Made by a program: the position numbers and the translations under genes. A stretch of DNA of 64,000 nucleotides, taken from contig NZ_AUMD01000021.1 in the NCBI RefSeq assembly GCF_000430505.1, positions 128,001 through 192,000 on the forward strand. Reading direction: 5' to 3'. This document shows, one piece after another, positions 27,501 to 35,691 of this stretch (its first letter is position 1; each line of letters opens with the position of its first letter). The notes under the pieces are model-generated. The model saw only the letters and a list, made by a program, of their open reading frames with translations, was not told the DNA's origin and searched no databases. Origin of the DNA: Eisenibacter elegans DSM 3317. GTDB lineage: Bacteria; Bacteroidota; Bacteroidia; Cytophagales; Microscillaceae.

Positions 27501-30027
27501 CATCTTGGCGTGTTTCTAGCGCAAAGTTCATAAAGCCACCTCCGGGGATGTTGAGCTTGGGATAGGTGGCAAAAAACTCTCCGGGCATTTGGTCGCTTTC
27601 CCCTTGTTTCAGCCCCGATTTGTTGGTGGGCAGGTTGATTTGCATCGTTCCGGCTTCGTCATAAACTATTTCGGAACCGAAGTACTGCGGCTCAGGCTGT
27701 CTGGTAACGGGGTTGTATACGATGTTGCCGTTTTCGTCTGTAGCCGGGATGATGTTGCCGGTGCTGTCGCGCATAATGAAGAGGATGTCTTCAATTTCGG
27801 GCATATCCAATACAAACTCCTCGTAGTTGAAGGTAAACATCCTTCCTCTGAAGCGCATATCGCCGATTTTGGCTTCGCCTGCCTCCATAAAAATGGTTCG
27901 GTTTGAGAATATCTGTACTTCGTTGTTGGCCGGCACGAGATAAACCCCCAGCTCGTGGCTGATGGGGAATTCTTTGACCCCCCGCACCAACAAGTTGCTC
28001 CCGCCCAGAATCATACTGGCATTGGGAATCCAATTGATGGTTACGGACTCGTTGCCGAGGCTGTCATAAACAGCCTGATTGCCCACACGTACCCGCGACT
28101 GGATGCGTAGGTCGTCATAGTCATAGTTATAATAAATATCGCGTTCGCCCGGGGTCTGGAAGCCCAGCTGTGGTTGGTAAGTAGGGCGACCATTGATGTC
28201 TCCTACTACATTTTGGGCATTGACATCTTTGGCGGTATAATAAAACTTATCCGCATCTACATAATGCACCAGTTTGTAACCGAGGGTGATTTTGTGCCTT
28301 TTGGTCCATTCGTCCGTTTCGGTTTTGGGATTCCAACGCTGGTATTCGTCTTCTTCTATCTCTAGTGCGCCTTTCAGGCGCAAGTCTGTTGCCACACCCA
28401 AAAGGACATTGGGGTCCTGTTTGTAGTCTTCGGCCATCTCCTCCAGATAGAAGGGGTCGTACATACTATAGGAAATCCCCTCTCTGATGAGTTTGCGGGC
28501 ATAATTATGAAAAATCTTGTAAGGGTTGAAATCATAAATACTAGAGGCATAGGTGTATACATCTGGGTCATAGAAATCAAAAGACTCAAAAGTTACGGGC
28601 AGCAAGCTATCGGTGAGGGTAGTCAAGAAAAAATTGAGGCTATCATTGGTCATATCATAGCTGAGCAGGTCTACATCCATCAAAAACTTATGGTCGGTAT
28701 TGATAAAGGGAGTTTCTTGAAAGACACTGTTCTTGTTGCGTATCAGCTCTATGCGCGACTTATCGATATGGTATACCAAGTCTACCGATGTATGGAACAC
28801 CGAGTCTGCCCCACCATAAAAGTAGATGGAGAACTTTGTGTTTTTGGCAGTTACGCGTGTTTGCTCGAAGATAAACTCGCGCCCTCGCACATTGAAGAGT
28901 GGCTCGCCGCCACGCTCTGCGTAAAGTGTCGAGAGGCCGCGCTCACGTGCACCCACACCTTTGATACCCTGTAGGGCAAAGCCCCCTTGGTAGCTTACAT
29001 ATTCTCCTAGGCCAGTGATGCGGACATCTTCGTCTGACTGAAACTTGGGATAATCAGCCACCGTAAGGGTATCTATAATCACCCGTTTGGTTTTACCGTC
29101 TACTTTGATATTTCGGTATACATACTCTTTTTTGCGGTCTTTGGAGATAAAGTCAAAGCTGCCTGTAATCCCCCCGCTAAAATAGCTTCCATTGCTGAGT
29201 TGTGCGTCTTTGCTGTGGATAGCGGCTTTTCCGGCTTCCAGCACAAAATCTCCCAAGGAGCAGGTAATCTGCCCTGTCGAAAGGTTGGGGTACTCGCGTT
29301 TGAAGCCAACTTGTGTTTTGCCCTCTTCGTTTTTATGCTTGGTACTGACATAGAGGTTGGCCCAGTCGAAGCTTCCTCCATTGCCGATAAAGTTATGACT
29401 GAGCATTTTGTAATCGCCAGAAGTACTGGAGACAAAGCTAGAGTCGAAAGGCGACACCAAGGCTAGGTCTACCCGGCTTACCTGCAGTATGGGCTCATCT
29501 TCGTAGCGAATATTGTAAGAGCCTTGCGCAAGGTAGACCTTGTTGTAGGAGCTGTAATAGAGCGCTTGGTGGGCGTAGAAGTGGTAGAGTTGTACAAAAA
29601 ACTCCTCTGTTGTCTTGGTATTGATATTGGTCTGCAACATCGACAAACAAGCATCGAGCAGATTACCCAACTGAGAGCTGTTGAGAATAGACTGCTCGGT
29701 GCCTTCGATTAGGGCTGCATAAAAATGTTTGTATGCACTGTTGAAATCACACTGTTTTTGCAACAACTCATTAGAAATCTGGATGACTTTTTGTTGTGCG
29801 GGCTGTCCCATACCGCTCCATACCTGCCCAAACCGCTCCGACAGGGCGGCACCATCTGTGGCATTGTATTTGACCATCAGTTGACCTACAAGGGCAATGA
29901 ATTTTTCGGTGCTATCAGGAGCGGTTTTCGTATAGCGTTGCGCTTGCAGCGGCGCTACAGTCAGCAGGAGGCTGCCGCAGATGCCCCACAAAAGCATCCA
30001 TAAACGAGTTTTTGAAAACATAGCCAT
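24547..30027 (-). CDS. very large (1826 aa) secreted, probably outer-membrane, protein of unknown function
   Basis: Single uninterrupted ORF with a signal peptide (LLLTVAPLQAQ). The body is beta-rich with many aromatic-alternating segments. There is a K/E/D-rich linker (about aa 1370-1440), and the protein ends in ...DDGF (C-terminal Phe, as in many OM beta-barrels). Identity with SprA, LptD or TamB could not be established from the sequence alone. Confidence 0.7.
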   Translation of the reverse strand: MAMFSKTRLWMLLWGICGSLLLTVAPLQAQRYTKTAPDSTEKFIALVGQLMVKYNATDGAALSERFGQVWSGMGQPAQQKVIQISNELLQKQCDFNSAYKHFYAALIEGTEQSILNSSQLGNLLDACLSMLQTNINTKTTEEFFVQLYHFYAHQALYYSSYNKVYLAQGSYNIRYEDEPILQVSRVDLALVSPFDSSFVSSTSGDYKMLSHNFIGNGGSFDWANLYVSTKHKNEEGKTQVGFKREYPNLSTGQITCSLGDFVLEAGKAAIHSKDAQLSNGSYFSGGITGSFDFISKDRKKEYVYRNIKVDGKTKRVIIDTLTVADYPKFQSDEDVRITGLGEYVSYQGGFALQGIKGVGARERGLSTLYAERGGEPLFNVRGREFIFEQTRVTAKNTKFSIYFYGGADSVFHTSVDLVYHIDKSRIELIRNKNSVFQETPFINTDHKFLMDVDLLSYDMTNDSLNFFLTTLTDSLLPVTFESFDFYDPDVYTYASSIYDFNPYKIFHNYARKLIREGISYSMYDPFYLEEMAEDYKQDPNVLLGVATDLRLKGALEIEEDEYQRWNPKTETDEWTKRHKITLGYKLVHYVDADKFYYTAKDVNAQNVVGDINGRPTYQPQLGFQTPGERDIYYNYDYDDLRIQSRVRVGNQAVYDSLGNESVTINWIPNASMILGGSNLLVRGVKEFPISHELGVYLVPANNEVQIFSNRTIFMEAGEAKIGDMRFRGRMFTFNYEEFVLDMPEIEDILFIMRDSTGNIIPATDENGNIVYNPVTRQPEPQYFGSEIVYDEAGTMQINLPTNKSGLKQGESDQMPGEFFATYPKLNIPGGGFMNFALETRQDGAYDSTRVKFIMPEVKLDSLYIKEPRFPGIMSCNIFPPFKETLVGLPGTGGQMGFTHHPPPEGYDLYPERGYVKEWIATHDLGIPQDMIQNSPGRVEELHQDILSKYPEESRVEGAHIRFNEPIVMNKEGMFSSGLITFLSTKVENTIGKRYLFLPKYVYADEVEFKVDRAEKIGSKKASFPMAIGERAKMAWAVLDDSLMIDNREYIDGFLGEDRYEIEYSSRLFEVYGNDGADNFEMMTLYGTLIVKSTGLYGYGSAVRSDFEMIAMGMDPYMLGIDSLVGTQLEFKVNSAKRDPRSTDQSFYVNNPELLKGNFVDLNMSLRQGFAYSQPSEEVRNINYLAFSFPYAKFQTNIQEARWNTATNMIDMQGDSTSIFASTKYGGESYDGRDVRFNGSEAHYNTQERRLIIEGVPYITSADARILPDSGRVVVRGEADIETLRNAKLVIDTLNQYHNLFDGRIKINSRIDFEGNATYAFNNKVDSTIYNIKFDDFRLLDAAQVQAEKKQFENVLTLNDTETDDKKGRKKQAFLDGKAAFEQEKEDKKSTKEREKDNKKNPDGSDDPVDPDDPDAVPDDEISGNYTSFAALDGKRRITVSQGYVSEEAPIYITTGILYYGKVYMFANDKNLALDGYIKMDLKSGAGFNSWIPYKRSSGDTQLPFREKTPAAGQILTAGLHFNAANELYSTFISPMESNSDRDVFLASGELTANPNTGIFQLAPVSYRARLSYVGSELLFNDITGELIMEGPFRLLDSIHSPHLQTVGVCKYNPEKETYQFDSFIALKAPVPPTSVSKMVEEVLLQKPENPYNIEEAGTMTHNLAEIAGDREMKRYFAEKKRRPVQPMEMLPSLISPLNISGVQLHWNDEFRTFYSKGNFMLFSVGNKIVNTPVTGAVEIRKGSGSSDGFSVYVEISANSWYFFEMDNNVLFAVSSNEAFNKDIDARQTKKAKDGQFSLQPAGSDRKDAFMSKFRALYSGESGDDGF

Positions 30028-30100
30028 AAGTATTTTTTTAAGCAGTTGAGTAGTGTAAGTTCAGGACAGTTTGTATTCAAACGCCTAAGCAGCCTGTAAG

Positions 30101-30937
30101 CTAACGAGTGGCGGGTTCGTAGCGTACGGCTACCCAGCGGTTTTTTTCTTTGATACTGACGGGCTTCCAACCTTGGGCTTGCATCGCTTCGCTGATGAGC
30201 GCCTCGTCTTCTACATAAAACCCGCTCAGCAATACCGTAGCGCCCGGGCGTAATAGGCGCACATAGGCCGGAATTTCTGCCAAGAGTACATTGCGGTTGA
30301 TATTGGCTAGCAAGATATCATAACCACCACGCAGGGAGAGGGTCTCTATGGTGCCTTGGTAAATCTGAATAGCCTCACAATCATTGAGTTGTGCGTTTTC
30401 GCGTGCGTTTTCGGCAGCCCATTCTTCTATATCATAGGCTTCTACCCAAGTAGCCCGCAATTTCATTGCCATAATTGCCAAAATACCCGTACCACTGCCC
30501 GCATCCAGTACAGATTTTTGCGAATGGTCAAGCGCAAGTTGGTGCTCAAGCATCAAGGCAGTGGTTTCGTGATGCCCCGTCCCAAACGACATTTTTGGGT
30601 TAATCAGCAGTTCGTAGGCAAAGCTAGGGTCTGGAGCGTGAAAAGAGGCCCTCACACGACACTGTGTGCCGACAGTGATGGGTTCGTAGTGTTTTTCCCA
30701 GTCTTCGTTCCAGTTTTGTTGGGCAATGGTCTCATACCGGTATTGCCAAGTGGCTTGCTCGGTATAGGTTTCTTGGAGCAGTGCCAAGGCCGAAGCATCA
30801 AACAAATCGCTCACAATGTATGCCTCTAGCCCTTGCTCGGTTTCTACAAAGGTCTCGAAGCCTAGTTCGGCCAATTCGGCCATCAAGATTTCTACAAAAT
30901 CTGCCGGAGCAGTAACATAAACGGCGGTGTATTCCAC
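30101..30937 (-). CDS. prmA: ribosomal protein L11 methyltransferase
   Basis: 278 aa. The SAM-binding motif VLDAGSGTGILAIMAMKLRA and the overall PrmA layout are present. Confidence 0.85.
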   Translation of the reverse strand: MEYTAVYVTAPADFVEILMAELAELGFETFVETEQGLEAYIVSDLFDASALALLQETYTEQATWQYRYETIAQQNWNEDWEKHYEPITVGTQCRVRASFHAPDPSFAYELLINPKMSFGTGHHETTALMLEHQLALDHSQKSVLDAGSGTGILAIMAMKLRATWVEAYDIEEWAAENARENAQLNDCEAIQIYQGTIETLSLRGGYDILLANINRNVLLAEIPAYVRLLRPGATVLLSGFYVEDEALISEAMQAQGWKPVSIKEKNRWVAVRYEPATR

Positions 30938-31144
30938 GGCATTGATTGTTTAGGGGTGAATGTGTTTGGGAGTATAGCGTAGAAGGGATGGAGGATGGGG
31001 CTACAAATGTCTAGGTTTTTTGCTAACTTTCGATGTAATTGACCCAAAAGCGCTTCTTTTTAGGCTCCCGGGCTTCTAACAAACGGAGGCTTTAGGCAGT
31101 TTTAAGGTCTGTACTTCTTTCTCTTTACCCTAGCCCCTCTGTCT

Positions 31145-32341
31145 ATGTTACAATTGTTTTACAAAAAATTAGCCGGCTGCTTGCTGTTGCTGGGAGGTAT
31201 TTTTTTGCTTAATGCCTGTGGATCACAGCCTAACAACAATAACAGCAACACACAAGACACTACCAGCGCCGGTATGGCTCAGGCTGATACCGAAAAGTTG
31301 CCGCTCTCCAAACTACGCCTGCCCGAAGGGTTTGAAATCAGCATCTATGCCGAAGGCATCGAAGAGGCTCGCTCGATGGCGCTCAGCCCCAAGGGAACGC
31401 TTTTTGTCGGCAACCGACGCAAAGACAAGGTGTATGCCCTTGTAGACACCAACCAAGACTACCGTGCCGACAAGGTCTATGTCATCGCCTCCGGCCTCAA
31501 TATGCCCAATGGGGTGGCCTTCAAAGACGGCAGCCTCTATGTGGCTGAAGTAAACCGTATTTTGCGTTTTGATGATATCGAAAACCGCCTCGATAACCCC
31601 CCTACGCCGGTAGTAGTGTATGACCAATACCCCACCGACAAGCACCACGGCTGGAAATTTATCGCCTTTGGCCCCGATGGCAAGCTCTATGTCCCTGTGG
31701 GAGCGCCCTGCAACATCTGCGAGCGCCTCGATAACCCTTTTTATGCTTCCATTACCCGTATGGATCCTGATGGCAATAATGTAGAAGTGTTTGCTTCGGG
31801 GGTGCGCAATACAGTGGGCTTCACTTGGCATCCCGAAAATAAAGAAATGTGGTTTACGGATAATGGACGTGATATGCTGGGCGACGACATCCCGCCTTGT
31901 GAACTCAACCACGCCCCCAAGGCTGGAATGCACTTTGGCTACCCCTACTGCCACGGGGGCGACCTGCCCGACCCTGAGTTTGGCAGCAAACGTAAGTGTG
32001 AGGAGTTTACCGCACCCGCCCAAAAGCTAGGCCCTCACGTGGCTCCACTGGGTATCCGGTTTTATACCGGCAATATGTTCCCCAAATCTTACAAAAATCA
32101 GTTGATTTTTGCCGAGCACGGCTCTTGGAACCGCAATAAGAAGATTGGCTACCGTCTCTGCATTGCTGAGCTGGAGGGCGACAAAGTGGTGAGCTACAAA
32201 CCTTTTATCGATGGGTGGCTCGACAATGACTCTCAGGAGGTATGGGGCCGACCGGTCGATGTTCAGCTTCTGCCCGATGGCTCGATGCTCGTGTCTGATG
32301 ACTATGCTGATGTTATTTACCGCATTACCTACAAAGGCTAA
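31145..32341 (+). CDS. PQQ-dependent sugar (aldose/sorbosone) dehydrogenase, soluble beta-propeller type
   Basis: Lipoprotein-type signal (LLNACGS). GLNMPNGVAF..., LYVPVGAPCNICE and WFTDNGRDMLGDDIPPCELN are hallmarks of the YliI/sorbosone dehydrogenase family. Confidence 0.8.
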   Translation: MLQLFYKKLAGCLLLLGGIFLLNACGSQPNNNNSNTQDTTSAGMAQADTEKLPLSKLRLPEGFEISIYAEGIEEARSMALSPKGTLFVGNRRKDKVYALVDTNQDYRADKVYVIASGLNMPNGVAFKDGSLYVAEVNRILRFDDIENRLDNPPTPVVVYDQYPTDKHHGWKFIAFGPDGKLYVPVGAPCNICERLDNPFYASITRMDPDGNNVEVFASGVRNTVGFTWHPENKEMWFTDNGRDMLGDDIPPCELNHAPKAGMHFGYPYCHGGDLPDPEFGSKRKCEEFTAPAQKLGPHVAPLGIRFYTGNMFPKSYKNQLIFAEHGSWNRNKKIGYRLCIAELEGDKVVSYKPFIDGWLDNDSQEVWGRPVDVQLLPDGSMLVSDDYADVIYRITYKG

Positions 32342-32564
32342 TGCAGCCTCTCAGTACATCCAAGACGTGCTGATTTCCGTGGCTATCAATGACTTTTAGG
32401 AAAATCAATTTCTTGGAATAATCGCTATCAAACATAACCCACAGTTACAGGCTGTGGGTTTTTAGATGTAGGCAGAAAAGCAGTCTAAGGCTTACTTCTC
32501 CAAAATATCTAAGGTGTATTTACTTGCATTCTGATAGCTTTATATTCCGATACTGATATTACAA

Positions 32565-32761
32565 CCCACTTTCCGCACCCCTTAATTTCAGATTACGGAA
32601 TTAAGATAAAAATAGATTAAATTGATTTTTAATTGTGTTTTTCAAATAAAATCCTGTAGATGAGTGTTTTTTAAAAAACAGGTTTTATTATAATTGAGCA
32701 CTGAAAAATGCTAATTTACTTAATAGTACCTAATCTTGAAAAACAGGGTGCGGAAAGTGGG
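32565..32761. repeat. perfect 16-bp inverted repeat pair (CCCACTTTCCGCACCC at 32565-32580; GGGTGCGGAAAGTGGG at 32746-32761) flanking ~165 bp of AT-rich DNA
   Basis: Seen directly. The right arm lies at the 5' boundary of the restriction-modification gene relic. Confidence 0.6.
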
Positions 32762-32977
32762 GTCTATATCAACGATACCCAATACTTCGACCATGTGCCT
32801 CAAGTAGCCTAGGAGTTTTATATCGGGGGCTACCAACCGGCTCAAAAATGGCTCAAAGACCGGAAAGACCGCCAATTGGAGTTTGAGGATATTTTGCACT
32901 ATCAAAAAATCATCGTAGCACTAACCGAAACCGACAGACTGATGAGAGAGATTGATAAAATCAACTTCATAACCTAG
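32708..32977 (+). pseudogene. C-terminal remnant of a large restriction-modification (type IIG/ISP-like N6-methyltransferase-endonuclease) gene, with an in-frame TAG
   Basis: The translation ...VPNLEKQGAESGVYINDTQYFDHVPQVA*EFYIGGYQPAQKWLKDRKDRQLEFEDILHYQKIIVALTETDRLMREIDKINFIT resembles the conserved C-terminal tail of large RM fusion enzymes. The TAG at 32810-32812 sits where a Trp (TGG) is expected. There is no upstream coding sequence; an AT-rich non-coding stretch follows upstream. Confidence 0.45.
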
Positions 32978-32996
32978 TGTCGAGCACCACAGAACT

Positions 32997-33506
32997 TTAG
33001 GAGCGGTAGGTGCTAAACCCGGGCTTGCTGCCGTGTGCTTGACTGCTGTCTACTACCCGAATAGCCACTACCTCGGCGCTGGCTGTTTGAATGCCTTCAG
33101 CCCAAGCTTCGCAGGCGATGATCGTTTTGCGTCCTTTTACTTCCAACACCCGAGCCTCCAACCTGATGGGAACATCAATGGGGGTGGGTTGTAAGTACTT
33201 CACCGTCATAGTTCCTGTGGCATACATATACACTGGGGCGCTGTCGTAGGGGCGGCCTTCGCTGCGGTAGGCGTGTGCCATAGCTGTCCCCATGGTATGG
33301 CAGTCGATAAGGGTTGCCAAAATCCCCCCATTCATCAAGCCCTTCCAACCTTGATACTTAGGGTCGTGGGCATCCCACAGGCAGACACAGGCATCCCCTT
33401 CCCAATGGCTTTTGATTTGCAGCCCTTGGGGGTTGTCCTTACCACAACCAAAGCAGATGTTGCCGTCCATAAAGTCTTGAATGTAGTCTGTATCAGGGTT
33501 TTGCAT
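32997..33506 (-). CDS. PaaI-family (hotdog-fold) thioesterase
   Basis: 169 aa. HGGILATLIDCHTMGTAMAHAY is the typical PaaI/4HBT core. Confidence 0.7.
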   Translation of the reverse strand: MQNPDTDYIQDFMDGNICFGCGKDNPQGLQIKSHWEGDACVCLWDAHDPKYQGWKGLMNGGILATLIDCHTMGTAMAHAYRSEGRPYDSAPVYMYATGTMTVKYLQPTPIDVPIRLEARVLEVKGRKTIIACEAWAEGIQTASAEVVAIRVVDSSQAHGSKPGFSTYRS

Positions 33507-33538
33507 AAGGATTTGCGCAGTTTTTGAGTTGGAGTGAT

Positions 33539-34501
33539 TTACCTAGGAACTTCTACACTTTGTAGAATTTGGTTGATGACCTGCTGTAGGGCCAGCCCTT
33601 CCATTTCTTTTTCGGGGGTAAGCACTAGGCGGTGGACGAGTACATGTGGGCTGATAAATTTGACATCATCGGGGGTGATAAAATCACGTCCTTGGACAGC
33701 CGCATAGGCTTTGGCACCGGCCAAAATCGCTAGAGAGGCGCGGGGCGATGCCCCCAGATAGAGCGCGGGATGGTGGCGTGTTTGGTGAACAATCTGCGCG
33801 ATATAGCGCAAAAAATCCTCCTGAACGTGAATTTGTTGGATATACTGCCGGTAGCGTGTCAGGGATGTAGGGTCAAGCACAGGGCTTAGCGCCGGAGGGC
33901 TGTTCTGAGGGCGTTGGTGTAGGCGGTTTAGGATTTCGATTTCTTCGCTGAAAGAGGGGTAGCCGACCGTGATTTTGAACAAAAAGCGGTCGAGTTGGGC
34001 TTCTGGTAGGCGGTAAGTCCCTTCTTGCTCGATAGGGTTTTGGGTGGCCAATACCATAAAAGGTGTATCCATGGGGTAGGTCTTACCGTCCATCGTAATT
34101 TGGCGCTCTTCCATTACTTCAAAAAGTGCCGATTGGGTCTTGGCCGGAGCGCGGTTGATTTCATCAATCAAGACCATATTGGCAAAAATGGCCCCTTGTC
34201 GAAACTCAAACTGTGTCGTTTGGGGGTTGAATACCGAAGTACCCAATACGTCCGAAGGCATCAAGTCAGGGGTAAACTGGATACGCGAGAATTTAGCGGC
34301 GATAACAGAAGACAGAAGCTTTGCTGTCAGTGTTTTGGCTACGCCCGGCAGGCCTTCAATCAGGACGTGCCCATTGGCCAAAAGCGCCGTAAGTAGCAAG
34401 TCGACCATAGTGTGTTGGCCAACGAGGGTTTGGCCTATATCTTCTTTGACGCGGTTGAGTGCTTGGTGCAGCTCAGATAGGTCTAGGCGGTTTTCAAACA
34501 T
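33539..34501 (-). CDS. MoxR-family AAA+ ATPase
   Basis: Walker A GLPGVAKT, Walker B LIDEINRA and overall MoxR length (320 aa). Confidence 0.85.
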   Translation of the reverse strand: MFENRLDLSELHQALNRVKEDIGQTLVGQHTMVDLLLTALLANGHVLIEGLPGVAKTLTAKLLSSVIAAKFSRIQFTPDLMPSDVLGTSVFNPQTTQFEFRQGAIFANMVLIDEINRAPAKTQSALFEVMEERQITMDGKTYPMDTPFMVLATQNPIEQEGTYRLPEAQLDRFLFKITVGYPSFSEEIEILNRLHQRPQNSPPALSPVLDPTSLTRYRQYIQQIHVQEDFLRYIAQIVHQTRHHPALYLGASPRASLAILAGAKAYAAVQGRDFITPDDVKFISPHVLVHRLVLTPEKEMEGLALQQVINQILQSVEVPR

Positions 34502-34617
34502 AGGAAGAAGAAGCTACTAACCTTGATGGAGTTGTTGAATGAAGGGGTTCGGAGCTGTTATTGCAGCCTATCCAAACCCACTTCAATATAAGGATAAATA
34601 GGATTGGAGCATAAGCT

Positions 34618-35379
34618 TTAGTACAAATTATCCAAAAACTTGTCTTTCACCTCAAAATCATCGAGGGTCAGAAACTGCTCCCAAAAGTCTGTTTCGGGTA
34701 ATGGTCCTACACAGATGATGGGCTCTTTGCGTACCGGATGTACAAAATACAGGCGGCGGGCGTGTAGGTGAATGCTCTGGTCTTCGTTAGCACGAGGGAA
34801 GCCATACTTTGTATCACCTTTGATAGGGCAGCCCATACTGGCCAACTGCACCCGAATTTGGTGTGGGCGGCCTGTGAGGGGGCTTATCTCCAAGAGGTAG
34901 TGGTCGTTTAGGTAGCCCAGCGTGCGGTAGGTCAGCTCAGCCTTTTGTGCCTCGGGGTGTGGATAATCATAGGCCGTTACGTAGTTGCGGCTTTCGTCTT
35001 TGAGCAGCCAGTGTGTCAGCTTGTCTTGTTTTTTGGGAGGCTTACGCTTGACAATCGCCCAGTAAGTTTTTTGGATTTCGCGTTTGCGGAAAAGCTCTGT
35101 CATCCGTTCTAGTCCTTTGGAGGTACGCGCCAACACTACCAGTCCACTGACAGGCCGGTCGAGACGGTGTACCAAGCCCATAAAAACCTCGCCGGGTTTG
35201 TCATATTTTTCCTTGATGTATACTTTGGCGTGGTCGAGCAGGGTACGGTCTTTGGTATGGTCGCCCTGAACCAAAAGACCAGATGGCTTGCTGACGATGA
35301 GAAGGTGATTGTCTTCGTAAATGACTTGGAAAGGGAGTTTCATGACCGTCTGTGTGGGTGGAAATAAAAAGATGGGCAA
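34618..35379 (-). CDS. RluA-family RNA pseudouridine synthase
   Basis: The HRLDRPVSGLVVLA catalytic-Asp motif is present. A possible alternative start is MKLPFQVIYEDNHLL (35343). Confidence 0.8.
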   Translation of the reverse strand: MPIFLFPPTQTVMKLPFQVIYEDNHLLIVSKPSGLLVQGDHTKDRTLLDHAKVYIKEKYDKPGEVFMGLVHRLDRPVSGLVVLARTSKGLERMTELFRKREIQKTYWAIVKRKPPKKQDKLTHWLLKDESRNYVTAYDYPHPEAQKAELTYRTLGYLNDHYLLEISPLTGRPHQIRVQLASMGCPIKGDTKYGFPRANEDQSIHLHARRLYFVHPVRKEPIICVGPLPETDFWEQFLTLDDFEVKDKFLDNLY

Positions 35380-35611
35380 TATAGAAGCCTATAAGTTTTT
35401 GAATACTTTAGCAATGGGGGTGAGCCCATCGGGTAGCGCTTGAGATATCAACAGCTTATGAGATATACTCAACCCAAACTGGTTGGGGAAATGTGCGCGC
35501 TGAGAGTCCTGGAGAATCAAGAAAATCAAATCCTGTAAATCCTCTTCAGAAAGCAGGGCTAAAACGGAGGTCAAAGCATTCATTTTATACCAAAATAAGA
35601 CCTCGTGTTGC

Positions 35612-35641
35612 CCCGAAGCGATGGCTTCGGGCTATTTTTGG
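35612..35641 (+). terminator. orphan plus-strand intrinsic terminator
   Basis: An 8-bp GC-rich stem CCCGAAGC / GCTTCGGG with loop GATG, followed by CTATTTTTGG. No plus-strand CDS lies within 3 kb upstream. Confidence 0.4.
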
Positions 35642-35691
35642 CAGTGTCTAGGGTAGTAAAATATCAAACATTAAAGTAGTAGTGTTAGCAT

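Noticed and set aside
31313-32023. 236-aa minus-strand ORF
   Set aside because: Entirely antisense to the well-supported PQQ-dependent dehydrogenase gene. No independent signals.
35389-35583. 64-aa minus-strand ORF
   Set aside because: No start context, conservation cues or terminator. The region is better explained as a non-coding intergenic region or candidate sRNA locus.
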